Positions 39,622 to 49,892 of a stretch of 64,000 nt of DNA are shown here, in pieces. The stretch is from Promethearchaeia archaeon (GTDB lineage Archaea > Asgardarchaeota > Lokiarchaeia > Sigyniarchaeales > SOKP01), in NCBI GenBank assembly GCA_029856125.1, contig JAHQWJ010000139.1, forward strand, positions 19,037 to 83,036. The letters run 5' to 3'. The notes below the pieces were generated by a model. It made no database searches. It saw only the letters and a list, made by a program, of their open reading frames with translations, and was not told the origin of the DNA. The first letter of the stretch is position 1; each line of letters begins with the position of its first letter. Position numbers and translations under genes: made by a program.

Positions 39622-40968
39622 GTGGAAAAAATGGCTAGACCTAAAGTAGTATTACCAGAAAATGGAATCTCAGAAGAAGAACTTCTTAAAAAAATGGAAG
39701 TAATTCGTGAAGACGACATAAAGTGGAAGGATGGAAAAGTATGGAGCCTCGTGTATCACGCTTCAGAAAAACACACAGAAATGCTTAAAAAAGCCTCTGC
39801 AATGTTTTTTTCAAAGAACGCCCTTAGTCCCATGGCTTTTCCCAGTTTAAAACAATTTGAAACGGAAGTAATTTCCATGGCAATAGACTTGTTTGGAGGA
39901 GATAATAGGTGTTGCGGAAGTATGACCTCGGGTGGAACTGAAAGTCTTTTAATGGCAGTAAAAACGTATAGAGATTGGGCACGGGAAAAATTCCCCCATA
40001 TTAAAGAACCTGAGATGGTTGTACCCAGTTCAGCACATCCATCCTTTGACAAAGCAGCAGATTATTTTGGAGTAAAAATAGTTAAAGCACCAGTGGATAA
40101 AGAAACTCATCGGGCAGATGTAAAAGCTATGGAAAACGCACTGACCGAGAACACTATACTAATGGTCGGTTCTGCGTGTGATTTTCCAAGGGGCGTAGTG
40201 GATCCCATCTCCGAACTCGCATCTATTGCTCGCGAACGAGGCATTGGAATGCATGTTGATGCGTGTCTTGGAGGTTTTATGCTTCCTTTTGTAAAGAAAC
40301 TTGGAAATAATATTCCTGATTTTGATTTCTCAGTCCCGGGAGTGACCTCTATTTCGGCAGATGTCCACAAGTATGGGTATGGAGCAAAGGGTGCCTCTAC
40401 AATAATGTATCGCAAAGAAAGAGTGTGGAAGCATCAATTTTCAGTCTATACGGACTGGTCAGGTGGCATTTATATATCTCCTTCTATGAGAGGCACTCGG
40501 CCTGGCGGTCCAATTGCTGCAGCATGGGCTTCAATGAAGGCTTTAGGAAACGATGGTTATTTACAGCTGGCTAAAATCGTCATGAAGGCTACCAAAGAAT
40601 TAATTGACGGAATTAATCAAATCCCTGAACTATATATTATTGGAGACCCGGTAATGAGCGTTTTCTCCTTTACATCTGACATAGTGGACATCTATAATTT
40701 AGGAGACATAATGGATAAAAAAGGGTGGCATTTAGACCGAATTCAATTTCCAAACGCTTTACACATGATGGTTAATCCTCACCATGCTAGTATAGTAGCT
40801 ACATTCTTGAACGATCTTAAGGACGCTGTTAAAGATATTAAGGAGCATCCCGAAGCATCTTCAGATGGGGATGCTGCTATATACGGTATGGTAGCAAGTT
40901 TACCGGACCGAAATAAAGTCAAAGACTACATAACCAATTTCTTAAAAGCCCAATATAAAATTAAATAA
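39622..40968 (+). CDS. Sphingosine-1-phosphate lyase-like PLP-dependent enzyme (group II decarboxylase fold)
   Basis: TSGGTES, AHPSFDKA, HVDACLGGF, SISADVHKYGY (PLP Lys), AIYG. Confidence 0.85.
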   Translation: MEKMARPKVVLPENGISEEELLKKMEVIREDDIKWKDGKVWSLVYHASEKHTEMLKKASAMFFSKNALSPMAFPSLKQFETEVISMAIDLFGGDNRCCGSMTSGGTESLLMAVKTYRDWAREKFPHIKEPEMVVPSSAHPSFDKAADYFGVKIVKAPVDKETHRADVKAMENALTENTILMVGSACDFPRGVVDPISELASIARERGIGMHVDACLGGFMLPFVKKLGNNIPDFDFSVPGVTSISADVHKYGYGAKGASTIMYRKERVWKHQFSVYTDWSGGIYISPSMRGTRPGGPIAAAWASMKALGNDGYLQLAKIVMKATKELIDGINQIPELYIIGDPVMSVFSFTSDIVDIYNLGDIMDKKGWHLDRIQFPNALHMMVNPHHASIVATFLNDLKDAVKDIKEHPEASSDGDAAIYGMVASLPDRNKVKDYITNFLKAQYKIK

Positions 40969-40992
40969 TTTTAAAATCCTATTTTTATTAAT

Positions 40993-41331
40993 ATGAAGCT
41001 AAACAGATTAAAATCTATAGTTAACGATGGTGTAAGAACGTCCATTTCTAGCTCAAATGGTAATTATTTACTTGATCCTTTTGAACATTATACACCTAAA
41101 GTAGAAATTAATATAGATTTGAAAAATAAGACGTTCACACCTGAATTAGAGGGGGACGCCGTTGAAACGTATTATAGCGCTATTTGTGACTGGTTTCATG
41201 AAGTGTTACCAAAAGAAGGAATCCCAATCGATGTAATCGATAGCGCAATTCTAAATATTTCTCCGAATGGAAAAGAATGTATTATAAAAGCTAACAAAAG
41301 AGAATTTAGATCTTTCTATTCATTTAAATGA
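40993..41331 (+). CDS. Hypothetical protein
   Basis: Open frame with normal composition; no recognised motif. Confidence 0.6.
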   Translation: MKLNRLKSIVNDGVRTSISSSNGNYLLDPFEHYTPKVEINIDLKNKTFTPELEGDAVETYYSAICDWFHEVLPKEGIPIDVIDSAILNISPNGKECIIKANKREFRSFYSFK

Positions 41332-41353
41332 AAATACCATAAAGCAACATCAA

Positions 41354-41866
41354 TCAAAATCTACTTAACATCATTCTTGTTAATTTTTCAAACGATTCTT
41401 CTACATTTTCACCCGTCTTGCTAGAGCATTCAGTGAAACCGCTAAAACCCTTTGCTTTAGCAAATTTTTTACCTTCTTTAAAAGGAATTTCTCTAATTAT
41501 ATCTAAATCCGCTTTACCACCAAGTAAAACAAGTGGAAATCGTTCCTTTTTACCGTTTATAACGGATAACCATTCGTCAATGTGAATAAGAGAAGGATAA
41601 TGTGTAATATCGTACATTAATATCCCTCCCATTGTACCATTTAAATATTCAGGCATCATGAATCGAAATCTTTCCTCACCACCAAAATCCCAGATCATTA
41701 ACTTTATGGTTTTTCCATCAACCTCAAAAGTTTTAGTTTCAAAGTCAACTCCGATAGTCATCTGAGAATCTGATATGAATAAATCTGTTTTAAATCTTTT
41801 TGTTAGTGTTGTTTTTCCACTACCCGCATCACCGAAAATGATAATTTTAAAAATTGCGTCAAGCAT
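41354..41866 (-). CDS. Rab-like small GTPase
   Basis: GDAGSGKT, TIGVDF, WDFGGEERF, GGKAD, ECSSK. Confidence 0.92.
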   Translation of the reverse strand: MLDAIFKIIIFGDAGSGKTTLTKRFKTDLFISDSQMTIGVDFETKTFEVDGKTIKLMIWDFGGEERFRFMMPEYLNGTMGGILMYDITHYPSLIHIDEWLSVINGKKERFPLVLLGGKADLDIIREIPFKEGKKFAKAKGFSGFTECSSKTGENVEESFEKLTRMMLSRF

Positions 41867-42215
41867 GATATCCTAATTAAAACTCTTTAATTTTTTTAAC
41901 CAACTTTGTTGAAAGTGTATTATCTTTATGAAACTTGCCCCGCCGTAATGTTTCTCTTAAACACGCCTTTTTTGTAAAAAAATAATACAAATATAGACAT
42001 AATAATTTTAATATTTAAATCTTTTCTAATTCTTTAACCCGTTTTTCATTTTTTTCACGCTGATTAATAGTAAAATTAAATTCCGTAAGACACATACGAC
42101 TTTTTCCTTTTTGTCCTATGAATTGAGGGAAAAAATTAACACATATCTAAATTTCTAAATGTATTCTTTATAATTGCCAAAATAAAAAAAAATAGAGTTT
42201 AATGTTTATGTTAAA

Positions 42216-42539
42216 TTAATCGGGTACTTTAAGCCCTACAAGGGCCATAGATTCTACTAGTGTTGCCATTGTGTGTATTGTCGAATTCACGCCCTCAATT
42301 TCAGAGTAACCGGCTAAAATTTCATTAAGCCAATCAAAAGCGGCTTCAAGTTTTCCTTCCTTTACTTCGAAAATCGATATAACTTTAATACCATATTTGG
42401 TTCTCATTAACGCGCCAGCTAATACCGTTTTTCCAATGCTTTTATCTGCAGGATGTTTCTTCATAACTTCAAGAAACTTCTTTCCAACTTCCTCTCCCTT
42501 AACGGGAGGAAACCATACTGTCGAAAACAAATAACCCAT
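42216..42539 (-). CDS. Small alpha/beta protein of a Loki-expanded family (copy 2 of 3)
   Basis: MGYLFSTVWFPP...EVGKKF...VKEGKLEAA...Y..IEG...MALVGL; GGTGA SD. Confidence 0.75.
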   Translation of the reverse strand: MGYLFSTVWFPPVKGEEVGKKFLEVMKKHPADKSIGKTVLAGALMRTKYGIKVISIFEVKEGKLEAAFDWLNEILAGYSEIEGVNSTIHTMATLVESMALVGLKVPD

Positions 42540-42590
42540 AAATTTCACCATAAATTAATTTGTATTGAAATTAATCGAGTTTTATTAGAA

Positions 42591-42614
42591 ATTCGCAATG
42601 ATAAGAATGCGAAT
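42591..42614. promoter_or_regulatory. Operator-like palindrome downstream of TATA box
   Basis: ATTCGCA-N10-TGCGAAT; TTTAAATA box at about 42619-42626 on the - strand. Confidence 0.5.
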
Positions 42615-42702
42615 CATCTATTTAAACTTTTAGATTATCGTCAAGAATGTAATAAGAAGAAATTTACAATATACAAGGAATTGTAAAGAGGAGAGAAACG
42701 TT

Positions 42703-43209
42703 TTATTTTTCTCTTAATTGAAGCATGAGATCAAATTTCATATTAATTGTGTTTTTCTCAACTAAAGTAGAATACCAGTTTAAATATTCCTCAAAACCTA
42801 ATTCATATCCATATTCTCCTTTCGTTTCACCAATATACTGATGTTCGCTATTTTCAACCCATTTCCATAATCCTGGCCAGATAATACTCATTTCTTCCAC
42901 TCCGTTGCATTTAACCACTGCATAAAGTCCTCCCGGTATTAAACGGACTGGTACTTCGCTCTCTACTTTAGTATTGGGTGGAATTGTTATATATATCCCA
43001 TATCCATGTGGCTCAGGGTTTTCCGTTGGATAAATATTTCTACCAAAAATCCGAATATTTGAATCAATTTGCAGAAATCCTCTCTCTTTAACCCAAGATT
43101 CTGCTTTATTCCAAGCATCTTCTTCCGGGGTATTTGAGAGGGAATAGAAAAACGCTGCACGCATATCTTCCAACTTTTTAAGTCTAACTTTAATTTTTTC
43201 ACTCATCAT
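42703..43209 (-). CDS. GyrI-like effector-binding domain protein
   Basis: PEEDAW...RIFG.N...GY...I..P...IPGGLYAV...W..L.KWV..S...FEEY. Confidence 0.8.
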   Translation of the reverse strand: MMSEKIKVRLKKLEDMRAAFFYSLSNTPEEDAWNKAESWVKERGFLQIDSNIRIFGRNIYPTENPEPHGYGIYITIPPNTKVESEVPVRLIPGGLYAVVKCNGVEEMSIIWPGLWKWVENSEHQYIGETKGEYGYELGFEEYLNWYSTLVEKNTINMKFDLMLQLREK

Positions 43210-43447
43210 TCTTGCTCCGTTTAATTATAAACTTCTTTTTAGAACTATACAAGTGCTACTATTGATTTCTATTAAATTTTAACAATACCGTCTTAAGAAA
43301 TCTAATTTATAGTATTTTTTATTGTTTGTTCTTAAGCTCACAAATTTGAAGAATTGTTTGGTAGATAATTTAGCTTTATAACATAAGATTTCTTAAAGTA
43401 AAGTAAAACCTTTACGATAAATATTAAAATTATTAGAGGGAATCAGG

Positions 43448-43633
43448 TTGCCAGATTATGAAGTTAAGGTAAAATTCCACATTTTTCCATATAGGAAATT
43501 CAAAATAGGCGCTAAAAATGAAGAGGAAGCAAGAGAAATCGCAACTGATCAGGCCCAACATATCATTGACACTTTAGATTTTAGCATAACTGATATAAAG
43601 GCAAAGAAATACCTCATGGACAAATTTCTGTGA
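43448..43633 (+). CDS. Small hypothetical protein
   Basis: GAGGG upstream of TTG; AKNEEEAREIA motif. Confidence 0.6.
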   Translation: MPDYEVKVKFHIFPYRKFKIGAKNEEEAREIATDQAQHIIDTLDFSITDIKAKKYLMDKFL

Positions 43634-43639
43634 AAATTA

Positions 43640-44062
43640 TTATTTCTCTAGCATTTCTTTAAGCGGTTCCCAATAATAAGTTTCCCATCCTTCTTTCACA
43701 GATTCATAAGACGCTTCAGGAATGTCTATATGCGTAAATTTTATCAAAGTTCCCTTATCATCGGGTTCAAAGATGAGTGTAATTGTAGAATAATACCCCT
43801 TTGGCCAATTCTCGCCATCACCACGCCATGTTTGGACTATCTTCTTATCTTGGATTAATTCGACATTTTTTCCACTTAATGCTCCTTCGAATATTGAAAA
43901 ACTTCCACCAATTTTACGACTTACCTTAGCTTTGCTCTCAGTTAATTTAGAATGTTTTTTTGTATCCATAAACACTTCATAAATTTCATGAGGGGTGCCC
44001 TTAATTTTTATTTCCTGTTCAATACTTTTTTTCTTATTCATCATGATCATCTCTTTAGACAT
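43640..44062 (-). CDS. SRPBCC/AHSA1 (Aha1-C-like) domain protein
   Basis: GGSFSIFEG, KKIVQTWR...WP, GWETYYWEPLK. Confidence 0.88.
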   Translation of the reverse strand: MSKEMIMMNKKKSIEQEIKIKGTPHEIYEVFMDTKKHSKLTESKAKVSRKIGGSFSIFEGALSGKNVELIQDKKIVQTWRGDGENWPKGYYSTITLIFEPDDKGTLIKFTHIDIPEASYESVKEGWETYYWEPLKEMLEK

Positions 44063-44103
44063 ACCTAAATTGATTACAACAAAAAATTGAAAAATAAAAA
44101 AAA

Positions 44104-44568
44104 TTATTTAGCGATTAAAACATCCACGTTCACGTGATTAATAACATACTCAGGGACCGTACCGACAAACGTACGTCTTAACTTTGAATGTTTCCCTCCA
44201 CATCCTAACACAACAAGATCAAACCCTTCTTCTTTTACCCTTTCTTCAATGTAATACTCTGGTCCAAAGTCAAAAATCCTTCTGGTTTCGACTTTTAATC
44301 CTTTGCTCTCAAATTTTTTCTTAATATCATCTAAGAGTTTAGTTCCCTCTTTAACAATATCGGTGTGGATCTCATAACTTAATGACGTGTCAGGTATATG
44401 ACTTACCCCAAAGGCGGGTCTCATTTCTGAAATGTGGTGCAAAAACGAGTGGAACAATACAACTTCAGAGTTAGTTTCTTTCTGTATCTCGATTACTTTA
44501 TCAACAGCTTTCGTCGAATTTTCAGAATTGTCAACGCCTAGCAATATTTTTTTAAACATTTTATTCAT
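44104..44568 (-). CDS. Universal stress protein
   Basis: KKILLGVDNS, DLVVLG..G, VGTV...V.....DVLI; start later than ORF-track 44628. Confidence 0.88.
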   Translation of the reverse strand: MNKMFKKILLGVDNSENSTKAVDKVIEIQKETNSEVVLFHSFLHHISEMRPAFGVSHIPDTSLSYEIHTDIVKEGTKLLDDIKKKFESKGLKVETRRIFDFGPEYYIEERVKEEGFDLVVLGCGGKHSKLRRTFVGTVPEYVINHVNVDVLIAK

Positions 44569-44781
44569 CTCTATTATAATTATTTGTCTAATTATTAGAC
44601 GCATAACTACCCGTATAAAGCTCTCCATTATAGATTATTAAAGAGTTCTATTTCTGATAGTAGATTCATAATAATAAGACCACCAGAATTAATGATTTAT
44701 AAAATTCAAATAAAAGACGATTTTAAATAATACTACATATTCAATCAACTAATTTTCATAAAAAAAAAGAGTGGAGTCTAT

Positions 44782-45279
44782 ATGGGACATAAATTTGGAT
44801 ACTACTCCTTAGATTTGCCTTTAGAAGAAGTCCTCAATAGAACAAACTCATTTTGGGCAAATAATAGCGGAAAAATTAACAGTCAAATAAAATCACCAAA
44901 TTCGCTAATATATACCCTTATTATCCAGCGCGATATATCTATGATGTCGTACGGAGAAACGTACACATTGAAGATAGGATATAATCCTGATAACGAGACA
45001 ACCTACGTGAGCGTTGAAGTAGCGCTATCCTTTGGATATGGCATGCAATGGCTGAAACCACAAGGTGTTATTAAGCGATGGGCTCTTGAATTGGGAACTA
45101 ACCCTATGAAACTCGAACGAACCATTGATCCAAACTTTATAAGAATGTTTGCTGAAATAGAAAACATCCACCCTCAACCACACATAAAAGAATATTCCAT
45201 CTTTTGCCCAAGTTGTGGAAAAAAGAATAACCGAAATAACACTTTTTGTCAGGAATGTGGAACTAAATTACCAGTATAA
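44782..45279 (+). CDS. Hypothetical protein with C-terminal zinc ribbon
   Basis: FCPSCG...FCQECGTKL. Confidence 0.75.
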   Translation: MGHKFGYYSLDLPLEEVLNRTNSFWANNSGKINSQIKSPNSLIYTLIIQRDISMMSYGETYTLKIGYNPDNETTYVSVEVALSFGYGMQWLKPQGVIKRWALELGTNPMKLERTIDPNFIRMFAEIENIHPQPHIKEYSIFCPSCGKKNNRNNTFCQECGTKLPV

Positions 45280-45344
45280 AAAATTAAAATAAATATAATA
45301 ATTAATAGAAACCAAAGTAAAACTTAAGAAAAAGTGATAAAAAA

Positions 45345-45878
45345 ATGATATGGGTAACTCGAGATTACGTACATATTGATAGGGTAGCTAGCCCTTGGTT
45401 AATCAAAAGATTCGTTGATAAACGCGCTCAATTCGTTTTCCTGCCAAGAGATAAAATAGCCGATTTCGCAGCGAGTACTGGAGCAATTCCATTTGATACT
45501 GCTGGTACGGGAGTAGAACTTGATCACCATGTATGCAACGGTGAGAAGCATTGCACTTTTGACGCCATCGCGGAAAAATACGAGCTTGAAAACGATGAAG
45601 CCTTGCAAAGAGTTAGAAAACTTGTTAGAGCTGCAGATACAGGTGGAATAGATGAGGAGCCTCTGGCGTGGGCTTTAGAAATTGTGGCAGTTGGAACTCC
45701 GTTTTTAGTAGATTCAGATCATGAAGCATTAGAAAAGGAATTTCCCGTTTACGACGCCGTATACACGTACTTTAAGCAACAAATAATCCGTGAAAAATAT
45801 AAAGATGAAATAGCGAAAATCAAAACGCGACCTGAAAGGCATGCGTTCATTAAACAAAAACTCAATGAGTCTCTATGA
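45345..45878 (+). CDS. ChrB (chromate resistance) C-terminal domain protein
   Basis: WVTR..VHIDRVASPWLIKRFVD..A.F.F, PFD, H....CTFD, YDA.Y. Confidence 0.85.
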   Translation: MIWVTRDYVHIDRVASPWLIKRFVDKRAQFVFLPRDKIADFAASTGAIPFDTAGTGVELDHHVCNGEKHCTFDAIAEKYELENDEALQRVRKLVRAADTGGIDEEPLAWALEIVAVGTPFLVDSDHEALEKEFPVYDAVYTYFKQQIIREKYKDEIAKIKTRPERHAFIKQKLNESL

Positions 45879-47095
45879 CCAACGAAATACAAGATAAAAA
45901 AGGTGTCAAAAACCTTAAAATAATTTCTTTTTTCATTATCAGCTTTATCGGATTTTTTGCGTTGTTTAGTTCTACAATGTCCAAAAGCCCAATTTTACCT
46001 CTCTTCGCAGAATCTTTAATTACTTCGGAATTCGAAGCGCAGTTTATTGGCTACGTTATTGCGGCCTCCACTGTTCCCGGAATTTTAGTTAGTATGATCG
46101 CTGGAAGATTATCAGACATGTACGGTCGAAGGAAACTCATTCTCGTTTCGACCTTTATATTTGCGACAGCTCCCTTTTTTTATCTTTTTGCGATAAATAT
46201 CTGGATTTTGATGATTGTTCGTTTCTATCACGGCTTTTCTACGGCAATTTTCGTTCCCGTTGCTATGGCTGCGATTGCTGAATCGTATCCCGAAAATAAG
46301 GGAAAGTATATCTCGTCTTTTTCTTCAATTATTCTCGTTGGACGCTTCATGGCGCCTATAACTGGAGGGACAATTCTCTTTATAACAACTAATTATTATT
46401 ATGGCGTCTACATTGCATGTGCGATTTCAGGAGCTATCGCTCTTACGCTTACGGTGTTCTTTTATCGAGATCGAACTACACAAACTGAATTCAAGGACGC
46501 AGCGAAAAGACCTTCACTCACAATAAAAATCTTCGCGAGAGGAATTAAAGAAGTCCTAACCCATAAGATCATACTATCAACTTCCATCGTTCAAGCTAGC
46601 CAATATTTTGCCTTCGGAATTATTGAAGCTTACATAATACTATATGCCAGCTCGCTTCATTTCGACGCGTGGTTGATTGGACTAATTCCAGCGATCTTAA
46701 CTTTGATGCTTGTTGTGTTCAAACCGTTAATGGGATATTTTTCGGACAAGGTTGGTCGTCGCTTAATTATTCTCCTTGGGCTCCTACTAGGGGGAGGCGT
46801 ATCGTGGATGGTACCAATTACGACCAATTATATCTTGGTAATTTTGATACTTTGCGGTTTTGGAATCGGTATGGCATTGGTTGTATCTTCTACCACCGCT
46901 TATGTGTCAGATATTTCTAAAAAAGAAGATTATGGCGCCGCTATTGGGACTCTGAGTACAATCATGGACATAGGACAAACTATTGGCCCTATCCTAAGTG
47001 GATATATTTTAATCGCTTTTTCTTTTGGAGGTGTATTTTTTATGATTAGCATCGTCCTTATTATCTCAGCACTGATATTTTATCTCATTAAGTAA
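45875..47095 (+). CDS. MFS transporter, translationally coupled to the ChrB-domain gene
   Basis: GRLSDMYGRR and FSDKVGRR motif A; ATGA overlap. Confidence 0.92.
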   Translation: MTNEIQDKKGVKNLKIISFFIISFIGFFALFSSTMSKSPILPLFAESLITSEFEAQFIGYVIAASTVPGILVSMIAGRLSDMYGRRKLILVSTFIFATAPFFYLFAINIWILMIVRFYHGFSTAIFVPVAMAAIAESYPENKGKYISSFSSIILVGRFMAPITGGTILFITTNYYYGVYIACAISGAIALTLTVFFYRDRTTQTEFKDAAKRPSLTIKIFARGIKEVLTHKIILSTSIVQASQYFAFGIIEAYIILYASSLHFDAWLIGLIPAILTLMLVVFKPLMGYFSDKVGRRLIILLGLLLGGGVSWMVPITTNYILVILILCGFGIGMALVVSSTTAYVSDISKKEDYGAAIGTLSTIMDIGQTIGPILSGYILIAFSFGGVFFMISIVLIISALIFYLIK

Positions 47096-47211
47096 TTTCA
47101 AATGTAATATTACTCAGATCTAATTTCCATCTTATTTTTCATTAAACTTAAAGATTTTAGTAGATAAAAGTAATTTAAAAATAATACAAATATTACTATC
47201 TGATTAGAAAG

Positions 47212-47769
47212 ATGACGGGACAAATACCAGATAATTTAATTTATAACAAAAACTCGTATTCCATAGTGGGGCTAAAAGGCGAAGGATTACCATCACCCTT
47301 CGATTTTGGTTTAGAACCAACCTCCCCACATACAGCAAATTGGCGAGGGTTTATAATGACGTATAAAATCGCAGAAAATCGCTTAATCGTACAGGAAATG
47401 AACGTGACTGTTAAGGGTCTGAAGGAAAAACCTCCACTAATCAATAATGTAAATCCTGAAACTAAAAAAGAAGGTTTAATCCATCTTGCTTATAAAAGTT
47501 TGAAGTTAAAAACTCAATTCACAGGCAAAATTTTAATTGCTAATGACTTCATTAACTCCATGTACGTTCATATGGGCTTCCAGAGTCCGATCTCTTTCGA
47601 GAAGGTTATTGAGTTAAAAATTTCAGATGGGAATTTAATTGAAGTCACTGATTTTTCTGAAATAATGAAAAAATATCGAAATCGTAAAGTTTCTGATGGA
47701 AAATTAGTCCGTACTGAAAACATCCAAGAGTGGATTGCTCGAACATTTTCTCTTGATTACGATTTTTAA
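47212..47769 (+). CDS. Conserved hypothetical protein
   Basis: MTGQIPD...TANWRGF..TY.I pattern; function unknown. Confidence 0.7.
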   Translation: MTGQIPDNLIYNKNSYSIVGLKGEGLPSPFDFGLEPTSPHTANWRGFIMTYKIAENRLIVQEMNVTVKGLKEKPPLINNVNPETKKEGLIHLAYKSLKLKTQFTGKILIANDFINSMYVHMGFQSPISFEKVIELKISDGNLIEVTDFSEIMKKYRNRKVSDGKLVRTENIQEWIARTFSLDYDF

Positions 47770-47793
47770 TTGCTTCTACAAAACTTTTTAGCT

Positions 47794-48681
47794 TTAATTT
47801 TCTCCTAAAGGATTTTCTAAAGGACCATTGATACCTAATTTTTCCGCCCATTTCAGAGTATATCTTTTTCTTCTTTCATAAGTAATATCCTGAATTATAA
47901 ATGTCGGAACCATGAAGGAGGCGATGAGGAACGGTATAAATGGCCAAGTCACTAAATTCATTAAATAATAAACAGATTCTAAACCTTGTAGCGTGGTAAT
48001 AAATGTTATAACTAGACTAAAAACACTAATTATTACAGCAATGCCCGCATAACCTTTAAGATAATATAAAAAATATCCACCTACAGACCTTACTTCAATT
48101 GGAAAGGAGCCACGTCGTACTTTTTTTTGTTCCTTATTACTATATTCAATTCCCGAATCAAGTAAAAAAATGGCTGCCGAAAAGACAGCAATTCCTATGC
48201 CAGAGACAAGCGGAAAAAGCATTATTAATGTGAGAATCTGAAGTATCGGAAGTGACATCCCTGTTATGAATACCTCTACAAAAATAAGATCGTGAATAAA
48301 GGGCTCATCAATCAGTAATGTCCCAATATTTAATGCTAAGAATGCTGGAAAAAGTGACATTAGAAATACACCTTTAAAATCTTTCGGTCGATTTCTATCT
48401 TTAATCCCATATGTAAGATGTCTTCCTATTATTTTTTTATGAACAACTAAAAAAAGCGGAGTAAGGATATATCCGCCGACTATGAAAGCTATTATACAAA
48501 CGAATGGAATCGATAAAAATAGAAGTGCTACATCAGTCCACAGATTTTGGGTTAATATTTTATATATATTAAATGTTCCTTGGAGTTGCGAGTTCAGCAC
48601 TATCATGAGACTAAATGAGATTATTGTAATAATCCATACTATTAACCATTTCTTATACCTTGAGAAAGATGTGTTTACCAT
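47794..48681 (-). CDS. Hypothetical multi-pass membrane protein
   Basis: About 6 TM; LLDSGI.Y, VG......LKGYAG. Confidence 0.75.
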   Translation of the reverse strand: MVNTSFSRYKKWLIVWIITIISFSLMIVLNSQLQGTFNIYKILTQNLWTDVALLFLSIPFVCIIAFIVGGYILTPLFLVVHKKIIGRHLTYGIKDRNRPKDFKGVFLMSLFPAFLALNIGTLLIDEPFIHDLIFVEVFITGMSLPILQILTLIMLFPLVSGIGIAVFSAAIFLLDSGIEYSNKEQKKVRRGSFPIEVRSVGGYFLYYLKGYAGIAVIISVFSLVITFITTLQGLESVYYLMNLVTWPFIPFLIASFMVPTFIIQDITYERRKRYTLKWAEKLGINGPLENPLGEN

Positions 48682-49050
48682 TATTGTTTCTGCCTGAAAT
48701 TATTATTATAGGTAACTATCTTAGTCGAAGGTTTATGAACTTTTTGTAGTATTTAATAGGACAATAATTCTTGACAGAATTGTATGGACACTACGAATAG
48801 ATACAAATTTTCAGAAATCATAAAGAAAATAAGGCTACTGCTTAATAAGGAATAAATTTAAATCATTTTTTTTTTCTATTTTTACACATTGATCTTATTT
48901 AAAGAAATCTCAAAGCTAAAAAGATAGCAGGGTGATATTTTGTATTTAAAGTCTATGATACTAATTCTCTAAAAAGAAAAAATTTTATTCTCAAAATATT
49001 AGAACGTATCTATACTAAAAAAATAAAAATAAAAAAAAATTTAATAGAAA

Positions 49051-49686
49051 TTATTTTGCTACTTGAGTATAATATCCATGTGCTACTAACCAAGCCATTA
49101 GTGAAAAATATGCCATCCATTCGAAGAAACATGCGAGGAGTCTGAAGGTTTCTGAAATCAGTTCAGAGATTTCAAAACCAAGAAATAAAACATAACAAGC
49201 GACAACGAGAATTCCAAGCACAGGTAAATATTTAGGCATATTTTCTGCTTTTAACTCCATTTTAGATATATTTATTTGAATGATAACAACACCAATAAAA
49301 TATACAAAAGCTCCAAGCATGTGGAATAGTCGTGAAATGTCATGAGGATTCAATGCGAGAACAGTTGAACCGATGGCAGCAATCACCATGAAATAAGTTG
49401 TGATCTTAATGGTTTTTTTATTAGCACCTCTGTTTTCTAAGAATTTAAGTAAATAGAAGCCAAATAAAAGTCGAATTGGAACTATTAGTATCATGCTTAT
49501 ATTCCATAATAACGCTGAACCCTTCGTAGACGCACCGAGATCACTTATATAATGAGTGAAAATTGTAAAGCTGGGATCATTATACAATATTATAGCTATG
49601 GACATAAAAACTATTGAAAATATAAAACCAAAATAAGCTACATAACTTCCAGGGAATTTTTCATAAAAGCTATTTAATTTTTCCAT
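49051..49686 (-). CDS. DUF998/Frag1-like membrane protein
   Basis: YISDLG, H..GA..YF, FEW; 6 TM. Confidence 0.7.
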   Translation of the reverse strand: MEKLNSFYEKFPGSYVAYFGFIFSIVFMSIAIILYNDPSFTIFTHYISDLGASTKGSALLWNISMILIVPIRLLFGFYLLKFLENRGANKKTIKITTYFMVIAAIGSTVLALNPHDISRLFHMLGAFVYFIGVVIIQINISKMELKAENMPKYLPVLGILVVACYVLFLGFEISELISETFRLLACFFEWMAYFSLMAWLVAHGYYTQVAK

Positions 49687-49721
49687 TTTTTTTACATCAT
49701 TTTTTATTACTTTGTATGAAA

Positions 49722-49762
49722 AGTGAGTTTATGCTCACTAATATAAATGAGTTTCTACTCAT
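49722..49762. promoter_or_regulatory. Tandem TetR-type operators
   Basis: AGTGAG-TTTATG-CTCACT (49722-49739) and ATGAGT-TTCT-ACTCAT (49747-49762), between the TATA box and start of the divergent membrane gene. Confidence 0.7.
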
Positions 49763-49892
49763 ATATAAATCTTTTGAATTCTTTTTGATTGAAGTAAGAA
49801 AAAACATAGTTTTATATGTAGATTTATATATATAATATATAATAGATGTATGAAATAATTCATACTTTCAAAATCTAAAGGGAAGACATTTA

